Shown piece after piece: positions 9,193 through 19,666 of a DNA stretch of 64,000 nucleotides. The stretch comes from Candidatus Latescibacterota bacterium (lineage in GTDB: Bacteria; Latescibacterota; UBA2968; UBA8231), in assembly GCA_963422735.1 (NCBI GenBank), contig OY730476.1:2336001-2400000 (forward strand). The letters are read 5' to 3'. The position numbers and the translations under genes were made by a program. Within the stretch, counting starts at the first letter, position 1. Each line of letters opens with the position of its first letter. The notes under the pieces were generated by a model that was not told the origin of the DNA, searched no databases, and worked only from the letters and a program-made list of their open reading frames with translations.

Positions 9193-11544
9193 GTGGCGAT
9201 CTTTTTCTTGTGTGCGAATCTCGGCCTGTGGGCCGGCCCCCTCGCGGCCGAGGTGTTTACCTTTGACAGCGCCGAAGAGTGGCAGACTTGGCAACTCCCG
9301 CAGGGGCTGGTGCAACTTGGCGCGTCTGGGCACCTAGAGCTGGTCAAGTTCCGCAAGGCCATCGATCCAGTACGCGATGCGGGCGACTTTTTCCACGATA
9401 CGATGACGCGGAAAGCCGTGCAGGGCGGCATCTTTCGGGCTGGGTCCAATCGAGGAGATGCCTTCAAGATCATCGATGGCGATTATAACACCTTTTGGCA
9501 GCCCGATTCGGCCGATCCGCTGGCCAAGTGGGAGGTCGAGATTGACTTGGGTCGGGCGGTGTTGGCCCAAGAGCTGTGCCTGCGCTTCCCCAATCAAGAG
9601 GGCGCGCGCCCCTTGCGGCAGTTTACGGTCTATGTGGCCACCGGGGCGACGATCGACCCCCGCAAGGATCTCTTCCGCTTCGAGTCGGTGTATCAGACGA
9701 CCTTGCCCAACGAAGAGACCGAGATCCGCATCGGGCTGAGCGGGCGCAACGACACCACGCGGGTCCTAGATCCCGGCCTGGATGTGGTGCTTGCGGACGC
9801 GGCGCGTTTCCGGGTCATCCAGTACATTCGCATCGGCGTCGATGCACAGAGCGCAGACGCGGCCCTCGCCGAGGTCGAGGTGAGCGCCGTCGGCGACAAC
9901 CTCAGCCTCGGCGTCATAGAACGCGGCGGAACCTTCGCAACAGGCCTAGTCGTCCGCGATGTGGTGGGCTTAGTTGACGGCGACATGAATACCTATGCCA
10001 ACAAGTTCACTACCTATCGAGCCACCTCTGGCTGGCGCAACGAAGGGCTGTGGTGGGAGCTGGATCTAGGGGCCCAGTTCTGGATTGACGAGATCTTCCT
10101 CTACTTCAACAACCAAGGCGAGGGGGCTTCCGGCTCTTCGGTGCGCAACGGGGGCACGGGATTCGCCTTCTTGGTTTCGGACGGACGGCGCACGACCTCG
10201 GGCGAGGTGGACTACGATCGACTGGTGGGCCACGGCAACGAGCAAGACCCCGCCGCCGGTCCCGAGCGGCACTATCGCTACTTGTTCGAGCCGCGCAAAG
10301 TGCGCTACCTGTTCTGGCACGGCTTCCTGCGGGGCTTACCGACTTCGTTGGAGTGGCACGCGCGCGCGGCGGAACTAATGCTGTTTTCGCCCGGCTACCC
10401 TGCCCAAGTAGTGCTGCGCTCGGGCTTTATCGACTTGGGCCAAATAGTCGGCGACGGCCGCCCCAAAGCCATCAAGCACCTGTCGTGGGATGCAGATTTG
10501 CCAGTGGGAACGCGGATGCAGTTGCGTTCCCGCTCAGGTGTTGCGCTCAGCGAGGAGTACACGTTTCACAACAAGATCGGCGAAGTGGTCACCGAAGAGA
10601 AGTGGCTCAGCTCGCCCAAGGTGCTGCGCGGCCGGGTGGATACCGCACTGGTCGTCGGCGAAGATTGGGGCGAGTGGAGCAATGTCTATCAAATCTCGGG
10701 CGAAGCCTTCCAGTCAGATAGCCCGCGCCGCTTCGTTCAGCTAGAGGCCCTGCTTTCGACCGAGGATCCGCGGGTTGCGCCCGTGTTGCGCTCGCTATCG
10801 ATCGAGTTTGAGGACGCTTTGGTGACCGAGGCCAAGGGGCAGATATGGCCGCGCGAGGCCCAACCCAACGCCGACACGCGCTTTACCTATACGCTGTGGC
10901 CTACGGCTGCCGAGGACGACAGCGGCTTCGACCGGCTACGGCTCATCGTTCCTAGCGGCTGGCTGGAGGCTGGAGCGGTAGAGGTGACCCTCGCTGGCGA
11001 GACCATCGCCCCGGAAGAGGTCGCGTTGCGGGGCGACTCCCTTTTCGTGACCTTGGGCCAGCGCGTCGGCGGCGACTCGCTGGAAGTCCACTTCGCGGCG
11101 CGCCTATGGCGCAATGCCACGGTCTTCAGCGCGGAGCTCGGCGATGGAGAGCGGCCGGGCCTTTGGCAGTCGGTGGAGGCCGCTTTTCGGCGCGCCAACG
11201 TGGTGCTCCTGCCGGCTCTAGCTGGCAGCGATCAGCTCATCGGTGATCTGCAAGTCGCCCCAGCCACCGTTACGCCCAACGGCGACGGCATCAACGACCA
11301 AGTGCATATCCACTTCGTGGTCTTCAAGGTGGAGACCGCAACGCCACGGGTGCGGGTATTCGACTTGGCAGGCCGCGTGGTGGCCGAGTTGGCCGGAGTG
11401 GGCGGAGACTTTGTTTCCTACAGATGGTCTGGGCGCAATGCCCAAGGAGCGCTGGTGCCGCCGGGACTGTATTTGTGCCACATTGATCTCGACGCCGCAG
11501 CAGGGCAGGGCGTGGCTATGCGCCCCGTTGCTGTCATGTACTAA
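9193..11544 (+). CDS. Secreted CTD-tailed protein with discoidin/F5-8-like segments, pair member B (copy 1)
   Basis: IIDGDYNTFW...EIDLG and VDGDMNT...ELDLG segments. TPNGDGIND...WSGRN..G..VPPGLY tail. Paralog of 24329-26674. Confidence 0.75.
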   Translation: MAIFFLCANLGLWAGPLAAEVFTFDSAEEWQTWQLPQGLVQLGASGHLELVKFRKAIDPVRDAGDFFHDTMTRKAVQGGIFRAGSNRGDAFKIIDGDYNTFWQPDSADPLAKWEVEIDLGRAVLAQELCLRFPNQEGARPLRQFTVYVATGATIDPRKDLFRFESVYQTTLPNEETEIRIGLSGRNDTTRVLDPGLDVVLADAARFRVIQYIRIGVDAQSADAALAEVEVSAVGDNLSLGVIERGGTFATGLVVRDVVGLVDGDMNTYANKFTTYRATSGWRNEGLWWELDLGAQFWIDEIFLYFNNQGEGASGSSVRNGGTGFAFLVSDGRRTTSGEVDYDRLVGHGNEQDPAAGPERHYRYLFEPRKVRYLFWHGFLRGLPTSLEWHARAAELMLFSPGYPAQVVLRSGFIDLGQIVGDGRPKAIKHLSWDADLPVGTRMQLRSRSGVALSEEYTFHNKIGEVVTEEKWLSSPKVLRGRVDTALVVGEDWGEWSNVYQISGEAFQSDSPRRFVQLEALLSTEDPRVAPVLRSLSIEFEDALVTEAKGQIWPREAQPNADTRFTYTLWPTAAEDDSGFDRLRLIVPSGWLEAGAVEVTLAGETIAPEEVALRGDSLFVTLGQRVGGDSLEVHFAARLWRNATVFSAELGDGERPGLWQSVEAAFRRANVVLLPALAGSDQLIGDLQVAPATVTPNGDGINDQVHIHFVVFKVETATPRVRVFDLAGRVVAELAGVGGDFVSYRWSGRNAQGALVPPGLYLCHIDLDAAAGQGVAMRPVAVMY

Positions 11545-11573
11545 CCCTTTCGCATATATACCGGAGACCGTTC

Positions 11574-12986
11574 ATGCCTCGTCCCAATATCCTCTTCACT
11601 ATGACCGATGACCACGCAGCCCATGCCATGAGTTGCTATGGCAGCCGCATCAATAGAACGCCCAACCTCGACCGCATTGCCCAAGGCGGCATGCGCTTTG
11701 ACAACTGCTTTTGCACCAATTCCATTTGCGGCCCCTCCCGCGCCACCATCCTCACCGGCACGTACAATCACGTCAACGGCATGACCACCTTGGACTCGCG
11801 CCACGACAACCGCCAACTCAACTTCGCCAAGCTCTTGCAGGGCGTCGGCTACCAGACAGCTATCGTCGGCAAATGGCACCTAGGCCAAGGGCCGGCCCAC
11901 TGGCCCACCGGCTTCGACTACTACAATATCCTCCAGGGCCAAGGCCCCTATTTCAACCCGGAAATGGTGTGCAACGGCGACAAGGCCCAATACCAAGGCT
12001 ACACCACCGATATTATCACCGACCTGTCGCTCGATTGGCTCAGGGCGCGCGACAAGGACCGGCCCTTCTGCCTGATGTACCACCACAAGGCCCCGCACCG
12101 TCCTTGGGAGCCGGACGAAAAACACGCCCATCTGTACGAAGACGAGGATATCCTCGAGCCAGAGACCTTTGACGATGACTATCAGAATCGGGCAGCGGCA
12201 GCCGGGGTCGCCAAAATGCGGATTGACCGCGACCTCAACGCCACCGATCTCAAGCGGCCCGTACCCGCAGGGCTGACCCCGGAAGAAGAAAAGAGGTGGA
12301 AGTACCAGTGCTACATAAAGGATTATCTGCGCTGCGTCGCCGCAGTCGATGACAACGTCGGCCGCGTACTCGACTATCTCGAGGCCGAGGGCATTGCCGA
12401 CGACACCATCGTCGTCTATACCTCGGACCAAGGCTTTTTCCTCGGCGACCACGGCTGGTACGACAAGCGCTTCATGTACGAGGAATCGCTGCGCATGCCC
12501 TTCCTCATCCGCTATCCCCGCGCCATTGCCGCCGGTAGTGTCAGCACCGACATGATCCTCAACGTTGACTTTGCCCCCACCTTCCTCGACTACGCCGGCG
12601 TCGCCATTCCCGACTCATTCCAGGGCCGCTCCATGCGTCCCGTGCTGGAAGAACGAACCCCGGACGACTGGCAGACCGCGATGTACTACCGCTACTGGAT
12701 GCACTTAGCACACCACCACGTGTACGCACACTACGGAGTCCGCACCCTGCGCTACAAGCTCATCTACTACTATGCCGACGCCTTAGGCCAGCCCGGTGCC
12801 CTAGACGAGAGCAAAGAGCCGGAGTGGGAATTGTTCGATTTGGAGAAAGACCCGTGCGAACTGGTCAATGTGTACCACGACCCGGCCTACGCCGAAATGG
12901 TACGCCAATTGCGCGGAGAATTGCGCCGCCTCCAAGAAAAAGTGGGCGACCAGCCCTATGTGGGGGAAGATTCGCTGTCTGATTGA
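11574..12986 (+). CDS. Sulfatase (formylglycine-dependent, S1 family)
   Basis: RPNILF, CGPSRATILTG (CxPxR), GKWHLG, YTSDQG, DKRFMYEESLRMP. Confidence 0.92.
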   Translation: MPRPNILFTMTDDHAAHAMSCYGSRINRTPNLDRIAQGGMRFDNCFCTNSICGPSRATILTGTYNHVNGMTTLDSRHDNRQLNFAKLLQGVGYQTAIVGKWHLGQGPAHWPTGFDYYNILQGQGPYFNPEMVCNGDKAQYQGYTTDIITDLSLDWLRARDKDRPFCLMYHHKAPHRPWEPDEKHAHLYEDEDILEPETFDDDYQNRAAAAGVAKMRIDRDLNATDLKRPVPAGLTPEEEKRWKYQCYIKDYLRCVAAVDDNVGRVLDYLEAEGIADDTIVVYTSDQGFFLGDHGWYDKRFMYEESLRMPFLIRYPRAIAAGSVSTDMILNVDFAPTFLDYAGVAIPDSFQGRSMRPVLEERTPDDWQTAMYYRYWMHLAHHHVYAHYGVRTLRYKLIYYYADALGQPGALDESKEPEWELFDLEKDPCELVNVYHDPAYAEMVRQLRGELRRLQEKVGDQPYVGEDSLSD

Positions 12987-12990
12987 ATAG

Positions 12991-13152
12991 CTGTCTTATG
13001 TCGCTTATTATCCGACCCTGTATTCGTTGGGCAAGAGCGAGGCCGATGGCCATTGGGGCATGTTCTCGCCGCTGGTGGCGGCCCTGCTGTTTGCGGCGAC
13101 CTACCAGTTTTGGAAGCTAGGGATCAGGTCGTATCAAGGTACGGGGTCGTAG
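12991..13152 (+). pseudogene. C-terminal remnant of an ABC-2 type transporter permease
   Basis: LSYVAYYPTLYSLGK...SPLVAALLFAATYQFWKLGIRSYQGTGS* matches the typical YYP...W..G.R.Y.STGS ending. No start codon or N-terminal part. Confidence 0.6.
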
Positions 13153-13390
13153 TCTCAAACGAGAGGTGGATTACGCGGAACCTCTGCTACCACAATGCGT
13201 CGGGCTGCACACAACAGGAGACAGCCGGCAGGGTGCGCAGTGTCGCCATCGGGCCGCGTTCTGTTAATTTGGAGAAACGTTCAACCGTGCTAATTGACGA
13301 CAACCCGCACTGCGTGGCCCGCGACGCCGCAAATACCGCATGCGAGTTAGCCGAAATCTTGGACAGTAAAAATCGCGTGTAGAACGGGAT

Positions 13391-14197
13391 TCAGATGTTC
13401 TCCACCAGCCACTGATAGCACTTTTCGTATCCCACCTGCCCCTCGGTCTCCGGCCCCTCGTATTCAGCCGTCCAAGCCCCGTCGTAGCCAGCCGCCTTGA
13501 GGCACTCGACCGCGTGGGCGAGGTGGATTTCGCCCTCGCCCAGTGCCGCCCCCTTGTAGTTTTGCCGCGAGCCGGTTCCGTCCTTTATATGGGTATGGAA
13601 AACGTGCGGTGCCAGTATTTTATAGAAGCGGTCAATTTGGTCCAACTCGTGCCCGAACCAGCGGTAGTTCATGGTATCCAAATTGACGCCGAGCCGGTCC
13701 GAGCCAACCCGCTCGATCAGGCTTAACTGCCAGTCGCCGTCGTTGGTGGAAACCCCGTGGTTGTCGAGGGCGATCCGCACGTCGCATTCCTCGAGAAAGT
13801 CGGCGCAGCACTTGAAGGCTTCGAGCAGCATCCCGTCCCATTGGCCTTCCGGCACCGTGCCGTTGCGGTTCCAGCCCCCATCCGAGCGCACGATGTCCGT
13901 GCCGGTTATGGGAATGATCTGGCAGACGTAGCGGTAGCGCTCGATTTGCGCGTCCAAGTCGCGGCGGTCGGCTTGCAAAAAGTCGTTGCCAGCCGCTACG
14001 GCCGAGGCTTGCATCCCGTATTTGGCCAATAACTCGCGCGTGGCTTCGGCCGTCTGCTCACCGTTTTTGGACTCGCCATCCCAAATATCGCCGATCTGCA
14101 ACTCGCAGTACCGATAGCCGATTTCGCTTGCCCGCCGGGCGAAGCCTTCGAGATCGCAGCCGGGCCAGTTGTAGTGAATCGCGCCGATTTTGCTCAT
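13391..14197 (-). CDS. Sugar phosphate isomerase/epimerase (xylose isomerase-like TIM barrel)
   Basis: IALDNHG, NLDTMN, HTHIKD, LGEGEI and TAEYEG motifs. Confidence 0.85.
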   Translation of the reverse strand: MSKIGAIHYNWPGCDLEGFARRASEIGYRYCELQIGDIWDGESKNGEQTAEATRELLAKYGMQASAVAAGNDFLQADRRDLDAQIERYRYVCQIIPITGTDIVRSDGGWNRNGTVPEGQWDGMLLEAFKCCADFLEECDVRIALDNHGVSTNDGDWQLSLIERVGSDRLGVNLDTMNYRWFGHELDQIDRFYKILAPHVFHTHIKDGTGSRQNYKGAALGEGEIHLAHAVECLKAAGYDGAWTAEYEGPETEGQVGYEKCYQWLVENI

Positions 14198-14214
14198 GTT
14201 CCTACTCCTCTCGT

Positions 14215-16347
14215 TTAGGTCCAATAAAGTCGCCACACCTGCGTCTGTAGCGGCATGAGGCGGATCTCCGAGATCTCGTCGCTAGCGGGTATAGCCTCAA
14301 TCGCAAGGGCCTCGTACGTGTCGAAGCACTTTTGGCGCGATGTGGGCGGCTGCGGCAGGTACTCGAAGCGGTAGAACGCCTTCCGCACGGTGCGCGGATC
14401 GAAGTTGTGCGCCACCAATAGCGCATTCCGCTCGGTATAGCGCACGTACGCCAGAATGCGGTCGTCCGGATCGCCGCCCGCGAATTCGTTGCGGTAAAAA
14501 TAAACCTCCCCGTCGCAAAATTCCGGCCATTCCTTTTGCAGCGCGAAGAGACGCCCGTAGGCTCTCACTAGGCTGGCGTGCGGCTCGCGCTCGGCTTGGT
14601 CGAAGTGCAGGAGGGTTTCGTTCTCAAAGTCGGTGCGCGTTTCCTCGCCCCACTCGCTGCCCAGCTCCAAACCCCGCGTCAGATTGCACCCAGAAGCCGA
14701 GCCGGCCGAGCAATCGATCAGGGCAGCCTGCAGATTTTTGAGCAATGCCATCAGCAGCGCACGGTCTCCTCGCTGGATGGAACAGGTGAGGCTCTGCCAG
14801 TAGCTCCGCGCCTGCTCGTCGCAGCGCAAAAGTTCCCGGAACCGCTCGTGCCACACCTGAGTGGCGCGCGGGCTGTCGTGGTTTTCAAAATAGGCCATTG
14901 CCACAGTGCCCGCCGCGAAGGTGCGATTCATCTCCTCTAGAAAATCAATGAGGGGTTGGGCGTACTCGACATCGCGGTGAAAGTCAACTAAGAGCGCGTA
15001 AATCGCATCTGCCGGGACGTCCACTGCCTCCGTCAGCGGGCACAGCGTCTCGCCCAGCACCAGCGCCTCGGGCGCGGCCGCTTGAATGCGGTTCTTGAGC
15101 TTTTTGAGGAAGGGTCGGTCAATGGTCTGACTGGCGTCGATCCGCACCCCGTCGAATCCGCACTGCTCGATCCAATACAGGGCAATCTCCAGCAGGTACT
15201 CCTGCAAGGGCTGATTGTAAACCAAGTCGAAGAGTGCCACGTCCGAATAAACTAGCCAAGCGATCTGGTGAATTTGCGGCACCCCGCGTTCGTCGCGCAA
15301 ATACCACTCGGGATGCTCGGCGATCAGCGGGCAGTCGCGGCTGCTCTGCATCAGCACCAAGTCGAATATGACCTTTTTGCCGAGGGCGTGCGCCCGCCGA
15401 GTAAGGGCGCGCAATTCGGCGCGACCGACGAGCTGGACGAAGGTTTCGCAGCCGAGTGCCTTTTCCGCTTGAGCAGCCGACAGCTTGGCGAGACCTTCCA
15501 TCTCACTTGAGCGCTCGAGACCCTCCACCACGAGCGCTCCCCAGTCCACTTCCTCGGTTGGCGAAACTAGCTCAGCGTCAACTTGGAAAAAGTCCTGTAC
15601 CGCATAGACGCTGCCGAGGGCACCTTTGCGTACATCCGCGCCGGTGTGTAGGTCTGCAAAACCCGGGCGAAAAAAGGGCAGCAAGTAAATCACATCGGCC
15701 GGAATGGCGTCTAGACGCCGCGTCAGTTCGGCGAGCCGGCCCGAGCGGAAGCGGCCCCCCTCGACCTCGGCACCGACCTTGCGTACGCACACCTCGACAA
15801 TCGTCGGTCCCTTGCACACCCACTCCGGGCTGACGACGACGACCCCGTCGCGGTTTTCGGCCAGATCGTTGAGGCTGACCCACTCCTTGCGCCCAGCCTC
15901 GGCGTAGCTATCGGCGGAAAACTCCACCGCGTAGTTGAAGGCCCCGGTGCGCCCAAGCGCGAAAGCGGTTGACTCAAAGACAAGGTTGTTGCCGGCGAGG
16001 ACGGGAGTGCCTTCCTCGCCGACAAGCAGCCGCATCTCCACATACGCGTTGGTCCCGCTGGCATCGGTCCATAGCCGCGCATCCACATCTCCCGGCTGGA
16101 CTTGGTGTGGGTCTATGGCAGCGACGAAAAGCTCGCACCGCACCCGGGCGTGGGCCGCTGTTTTGCCGGGTTCGATATAGGCCCTAGCGAGGAGCGGCTC
16201 GCAAACCCGACCGTCGATTTCAATGGTCAGGTTACCGCCCCAGACCTGCCAGTTATCAAACTCGCGGCGCTGGTAGCGACAGTGCAATTGTTCGTAGAAC
16301 GCGGCGCGTAAACCTAAGATAGCCGTAGCGGTCAAAGAAATCTCCAA
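14215..16347 (-). CDS. Alpha-amylase family glycoside hydrolase (GH13)
   Basis: GSVYAVQDF, KVIFDLV, FDGVRIDA (nucleophile), LGETL and FENHD catalytic motifs. Confidence 0.8.
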   Translation of the reverse strand: MEISLTATAILGLRAAFYEQLHCRYQRREFDNWQVWGGNLTIEIDGRVCEPLLARAYIEPGKTAAHARVRCELFVAAIDPHQVQPGDVDARLWTDASGTNAYVEMRLLVGEEGTPVLAGNNLVFESTAFALGRTGAFNYAVEFSADSYAEAGRKEWVSLNDLAENRDGVVVVSPEWVCKGPTIVEVCVRKVGAEVEGGRFRSGRLAELTRRLDAIPADVIYLLPFFRPGFADLHTGADVRKGALGSVYAVQDFFQVDAELVSPTEEVDWGALVVEGLERSSEMEGLAKLSAAQAEKALGCETFVQLVGRAELRALTRRAHALGKKVIFDLVLMQSSRDCPLIAEHPEWYLRDERGVPQIHQIAWLVYSDVALFDLVYNQPLQEYLLEIALYWIEQCGFDGVRIDASQTIDRPFLKKLKNRIQAAAPEALVLGETLCPLTEAVDVPADAIYALLVDFHRDVEYAQPLIDFLEEMNRTFAAGTVAMAYFENHDSPRATQVWHERFRELLRCDEQARSYWQSLTCSIQRGDRALLMALLKNLQAALIDCSAGSASGCNLTRGLELGSEWGEETRTDFENETLLHFDQAEREPHASLVRAYGRLFALQKEWPEFCDGEVYFYRNEFAGGDPDDRILAYVRYTERNALLVAHNFDPRTVRKAFYRFEYLPQPPTSRQKCFDTYEALAIEAIPASDEISEIRLMPLQTQVWRLYWT

Positions 16348-16424
16348 AAGAATTAAGAATTGACCTTACGCAACCTCTGCCTTCGCAGGGGCCGACTCGT
16401 ACTGGATATGCAGCCCTAATGTCA

Positions 16425-16556
16425 TGCCTGCGCTTCACCCTGCCTTTAGGCAGGACAAGCAGGCATCCAGCGTACCCTCAGAGACAATGCCCGTTTGAGG
16501 CCAGTGCGGGGCTGGATGCCACGCCTAAAAGCCTGCGCCCGTGAAAGTGTGCGCGG
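16425..16556. repeat. Structured intergenic element with TAAA-loop hairpin (repeat family copy 1)
   Basis: CCTGCC-TTTA-GGCAGG hairpin plus the inverted repeat GGCATCCAGC...GCTGGATGCC. The minus strand reads TTGTCCTGCCTAAAGGCAGGGTGAAGC, matching about 27469-27495. Confidence 0.6.
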
Positions 16557-16652
16557 GAAGGACGACGGACAGGGCAGCAAGCGGCAGGCGCTGCGTAAGG
16601 CTGCGTAACATCACTTAGGAATTGGTCCATTGCTCAATTCGCAATTCGTAAA

Positions 16653-17624
16653 CTATCTATGGCTCTGCCGATAGTGTCGCCTGAGCATATCCTCGCCAAA
16701 GTCGTTGTTCAAGTCGCGCCAGACCGCGTGGATGTGGTTGGCGTCGTTTTGGGTGTTGTCGTACTCGGCTAGAAAACTCGGCCCCTGCACCCGGTAGTAG
16801 TGCGGTCCCCCTCGTTCCTCCGCGCCGGCCCAAGCAAAGTGCGCTGCCTGTAAATCTGCTGCTCCGAGCCGCGCCCATTCGGCCTCGGCCACTATCTCGG
16901 GCAGGCGCCGGACGTACACTTCGATCAAGGCGTCTAGAATCTGGCGCTGCGCGCCGCTCATATCCGCGCTGCCCAAGCCCTCCGGAGCGACCTCGCCGCG
17001 CACGTGGGGCACGTTGGTCGTGAGGATGTCTCTTGGGGCCTCCGCACGGACGACAGCCATTGCTTTCTGCTCGCCGTCCAACTCGTGCAAAAGCTGCCGC
17101 CCCAGATCTTCCTCCTCCCGCAAAGCCCGCAGCCCAGCTTGCTCGCCGTGGCGCACCTCGGCGGGGTTTGAGCCAAAAAACAACGGCGTCGATCCCAGTA
17201 TCCGACCTTCTATTACCGTGTGATTGAGCGAGACGTGGTGGCCCTCAAAGCGCCAGCCCCAGGGCGTGCCTCCGCTAGGCTCGCCGAAAATGCTCACGTA
17301 GTACAGCTCGGGGTCGCGTCGGAAGCGCCGCCCCGCCCCCTCCAACTCGGCCAGTATTGGCTCCAGCGAAATGATCGTCGAGACTTTTTCGTACCCCGAC
17401 GCGCTGACTCCGGTTGCTACCAGCGCGTGCGCTAGCTCCCGCTGTAGCCCGTCCATTTCCTTTAGCGGCAATCCGGCTCGCTCCCTCGGCACGTAGTGCC
17501 AATTTTTGCGCTCCGTGCTGGCGGCAAAATCGATCACCACCTTCTGCCGCCTGGCCGCATCTAAGGATGCGAGGAAATTGCTGGCGGCCTCAGCCATGCG
17601 CTGTGCTGTATTGGTTTGGTCCAT
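16653..17624 (-). CDS. DUF3500 domain protein
   Basis: WHYVP, WGWRFEGHHVSLN, YYRVQGP..L.EYDNTQ..ANHIHAVWRD..NDFG. Confidence 0.88.
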   Translation of the reverse strand: MDQTNTAQRMAEAASNFLASLDAARRQKVVIDFAASTERKNWHYVPRERAGLPLKEMDGLQRELAHALVATGVSASGYEKVSTIISLEPILAELEGAGRRFRRDPELYYVSIFGEPSGGTPWGWRFEGHHVSLNHTVIEGRILGSTPLFFGSNPAEVRHGEQAGLRALREEEDLGRQLLHELDGEQKAMAVVRAEAPRDILTTNVPHVRGEVAPEGLGSADMSGAQRQILDALIEVYVRRLPEIVAEAEWARLGAADLQAAHFAWAGAEERGGPHYYRVQGPSFLAEYDNTQNDANHIHAVWRDLNNDFGEDMLRRHYRQSHR

Positions 17625-17635
17625 GATTTCCTTTC

Positions 17636-18439
17636 TCAAGTCGGCCGGCGCACCGACAAATCGTCGTGCAAGTCGATGGTAGTGTACTCTTTGTATGCTT
17701 GCTTCACGGCGATGCGCACAAACTCCAGCTTTTCCGGCCCGGGATTGTAGATGCCGTGCCCCTGCCCAATACCCTGCCAAGTAACCGATCCCGGCCTCAC
17801 CGCAAAGGTCTCGTCGGCAATCGTCATCAGCCCTTGTCCTGTCAGCACCACAAAGCTCTCTTCGAGAAAGTCGTGATAGTGATACCCTACCGATCCCCCT
17901 GCGTCGAGGATCGCGTGGTCGAGAAAGGTCCAGTCGCTGTAGAAATCATCGAGCGAGAGCACGTGCCGGGTGGCAATCTGTCCACAGCCGCCGTGGATTG
18001 CATTGCGCCATTTTAGTGCTTGCTCGTCAAAGGTACCAGCCTTGGGCTGCAGATCTGGCGTCTCGTCCATTTTGACGCCCTCAAACCAGTCGGCTAGGCG
18101 TTGTTGCGTCTCTGCATCCACGGCCCTCGCAACGCGTACGCGCAGCACATGCACAAACGTGTTGGTCAAGTTTTTCAGTGCGTGATCGCACCCGGTAGGT
18201 TCGACGATAAACCCAAGCTCTGCTCCGCTTTCTACTCGCTGCTGCCGTACGGTCAACTCCACCGGTCCGCCCGCAAAAATATAACCCTGTTCACAAGCTA
18301 TTCCTATACTTTCCACCGAGCGCGTTTCCCTAGGTGCCAATGCCCAATAGTCGAATGCGAACCACGGCGTCTGTCGCTGCAACCCCGAAAAGACCGGGCC
18401 ACCCTCTTGGTCCAACTCATTGAGACGGATGTGCTTCAT
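17636..18439 (-). CDS. Cupin domain protein
   Basis: GYHYHDFLEE...G.G.M...HGIYN cupin metal motif. Confidence 0.8.
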   Translation of the reverse strand: MKHIRLNELDQEGGPVFSGLQRQTPWFAFDYWALAPRETRSVESIGIACEQGYIFAGGPVELTVRQQRVESGAELGFIVEPTGCDHALKNLTNTFVHVLRVRVARAVDAETQQRLADWFEGVKMDETPDLQPKAGTFDEQALKWRNAIHGGCGQIATRHVLSLDDFYSDWTFLDHAILDAGGSVGYHYHDFLEESFVVLTGQGLMTIADETFAVRPGSVTWQGIGQGHGIYNPGPEKLEFVRIAVKQAYKEYTTIDLHDDLSVRRPT

Positions 18440-18565
18440 GCTTTTCTCTCGCTATCCTCCTCTGCGCCACGTAAACTACGCATCTCAATCCCCCTTCACA
18501 AACCCTTGACGCCCTCCCTTTCAACCCCCAACATAAACGTCTATCCCTACACGGAGCCACCTAGA

Positions 18566-19666
18566 TTGCCTACACAAAAAGAACCCATCCGCGTCGCCGT
18601 TCTCGGCCAAGGCCGCTCCGGCCTCGACATCCACTGCCGCTACTTCAAAACCGTCCCGCACAAATACCAAATAGTCGCCATCGCTGACCTCTTAGACGAC
18701 CGTCGCCAGCGCGCCCAAAGCGAAATGGGCTGCGACACCTACGCCGACTACCACGACCTCCTCACACGCGGCGACATCGACTTGGTCGTCAACGCTCTAC
18801 CTAGTCATCTCCATCCTCAAGCCACCATCGATTCGCTCAGCACCGGCCACCACACCATCTGCGAAAAACCCCTCGCCTCGAGCGTGGCCGAACTCGACAA
18901 CATGATCGCCGCCAGCCGCAAGGCCGGCCGCCTACTTCTACCCTTCCAGCAGTCGCGCAACGCGCCCCAATTCCAAAAGATGATCCAAGTCATTGAGTCG
19001 GGCGTCCTCGGCCGCATCGTCCAAATCTCGATCTCCTTCAGCGGCTTTGCCCGCCGATGGGACTGGCAGACCTTGCAGGAATACCGGGGCGGCAACCTGC
19101 TCAACACCGGCCCGCACCCCATCGACCAAGCCATGCGCCTGCTCGACTTCAAAAAGCCGGATCACATCCTCTGCGCCATGGATCGCGCTAACACCTTTGG
19201 CGACGCCGAGGACTACGTCAAAATTCTGCTGCGCACCAAAGGCAAACCCGTTATCGACGTCGAAATCTCCTCCTGCACCACCATCCCGCAGCCCATGTAC
19301 ACCGTCCACGGCGAGCGCGGCGGCCTCTCCGGCGGCCCTGCGGGCCTGACTTGGCACTACTACGATCCGCAAACAGCACCCAAGCAAACGCTCACCCGTA
19401 GCCCATTGCCCGGCCCGAGCTATTGCCGCGAAGATCTAGCAATGATCGAGCGGTCTTGGACTCCGGACAAGGCCGAGCAAAACGCATTTGCCTATATGTC
19501 CAACGCCTATTACGACGGCGTATTCGCCGTGTTGTGGGAAGAAGCCCAACCCGAGATCACGCTGCAACAGGTGCGCGTCCAGATTGCCGTCATCGAAGAG
19601 TGTCACCGCCAAAACCGCCTCTCCCAACTGCCGCCCCAAGGTTGGCCAAAGGAATGCGCAACATGA
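18566..19666 (+). CDS. Gfo/Idh/MocA oxidoreductase
   Basis: VAVLGQGRSG, CEKPLA, GGNLLNTGPHPID. TTG start after GGAG. Confidence 0.88.
   Translation: MPTQKEPIRVAVLGQGRSGLDIHCRYFKTVPHKYQIVAIADLLDDRRQRAQSEMGCDTYADYHDLLTRGDIDLVVNALPSHLHPQATIDSLSTGHHTICEKPLASSVAELDNMIAASRKAGRLLLPFQQSRNAPQFQKMIQVIESGVLGRIVQISISFSGFARRWDWQTLQEYRGGNLLNTGPHPIDQAMRLLDFKKPDHILCAMDRANTFGDAEDYVKILLRTKGKPVIDVEISSCTTIPQPMYTVHGERGGLSGGPAGLTWHYYDPQTAPKQTLTRSPLPGPSYCREDLAMIERSWTPDKAEQNAFAYMSNAYYDGVFAVLWEEAQPEITLQQVRVQIAVIEECHRQNRLSQLPPQGWPKECAT

Noticed and set aside
13053-13382. 109-aa ORF as a real gene
   Set aside because: It overlaps the permease remnant out of frame and a repeat copy, and has no recognisable motif.
16425-16556. 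IscB omegaRNA/HEARO or a known riboswitch
   Set aside because: The TAAA hairpin resembles IS200/IS605 ends, but there is no iscB, tnpB or tnpA gene and no diagnostic aptamer motif. Kept only as a repeat.
18101-18565. Long N-terminal extension of the Gfo ORF (and similar extensions at 7170, 17780, 32985, 33872 and 35921)
   Set aside because: They overlap neighbouring genes or intergenic repeats. Downstream starts with RBS and family-typical N-termini fit better.
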